Part shown: in pieces, positions 63,486-64,000 of the stretch
How the letters are laid out: each line of letters starts with the position of its first letter
Position numbering within the stretch: the first letter of the stretch is position 1
Source: an uncultured Nitrospinota bacterium
GTDB taxonomy: Bacteria > Tectomicrobia > Entotheonellia > J063 > CAVPRW01
Assembly (NCBI GenBank): GCA_963707985.1
Contig: CAVPRW010000039.1
Location: 48,443-112,442, forward strand
DNA: 64,000 nucleotides
Reading direction: 5' to 3'
Translations under genes and position numbers: made by a program
The notes under the pieces: generated by a model
What the model saw: the letters and a program-made list of their open reading frames with translations, nothing else
Told to the model about the DNA's origin: nothing
Database searches by the model: none

Positions 63486-64000
63486 GGTGCTAAACGAGGG
63501 AGATGGTGCATATGGATCCCCGTGGGATTCTGGTTGAACTGGAGCGCCTGCAGGCGCTATCAGAGGTTGAGAATGGTTTCCCGGCAAATCGGGCGCTCTC
63601 AAGTGGGCCAATCAAGTAGCTCTTCTTCTACAGTTCAAGTAAGAGTGCTATCTTCACTTCACCTACCCCTTGCATCAGCTCCATACCAACATCTGCAGCT
63701 TGTCCATCCAAACGCGGTGGCAGCTGATGCTTAGTCAGGATGATCGAGTTATTGCATATCTCAAATACATGGAATTAGGAATCGCAGCAGGTGCGTAGTC
63801 CGTGAAATTGGTAACACCAGGAGGTACATACGTATATCCACAGCACATCGAAGAGTTGTCCTCCCTGAAGTCAACTTCATTTGACATGACAAAGCTGATA
63901 TAGCTTTCAAGAAAAAGATTTTCTGGCCAGGAGCCCTGAAGCCACCATAGCCAATGCTGTCGGCAGGCTGCATAACGACTGAATCACTTTGGGCGTATGG

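Noticed and set aside
1..64000. CRISPR array, tRNA or rRNA genes
   Set aside because: No regularly spaced repeats or recognisable structural RNA genes seen by eye.
63490..64000. Lower-GC terminal segment as a gene
   Set aside because: Only short ORFs without motifs; cut by the window edge.

Overview
GC-rich bacterial chromosomal window. The gene repertoire (PAC2, ETF, hopanoid transporters, Cache/GAF kinase with adenylate cyclase, TonB receptors) suggests a diderm soil lineage such as Tectomicrobia/Rokubacteria; this is inference only. 1-10 kb: GT1 glycosyltransferase, methyltransferase, SDR, substrate-binding protein and a kinase/response regulator/adenylate cyclase operon. 10-23 kb: a decayed zone with IS6 and IS1 remnants, recombinase, PEP-utilising and deacetylase pseudogenes, attC-like and group II intron remnants, and a HipA-like kinase/DUF3037 pair. 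23-29 kb: housekeeping-type genes. 29-60 kb: a metal/cofactor island. It contains (i) a cobalamin-riboswitch Btu-type uptake operon whose receptor is truncated and whose riboswitch has an IS end in each arm of helix P1; (ii) a composite transposon carrying a GH50-like hydrolase; (iii) an hpnN/hpnM/mlaA cluster; (iv) a copper-uptake cluster with two paralogous His-rich R(A/S)PP-terminated leader ORFs, which are candidate metal-sensing ribosome-arrest peptides; (v) a second cobalamin riboswitch with terminator upstream of an orphan ORF and a hemerythrin-like gene. The window ends with transposases and a decayed AIPR gene followed by an attC-like site. All calls come from motif recognition by eye; no database searches were run.
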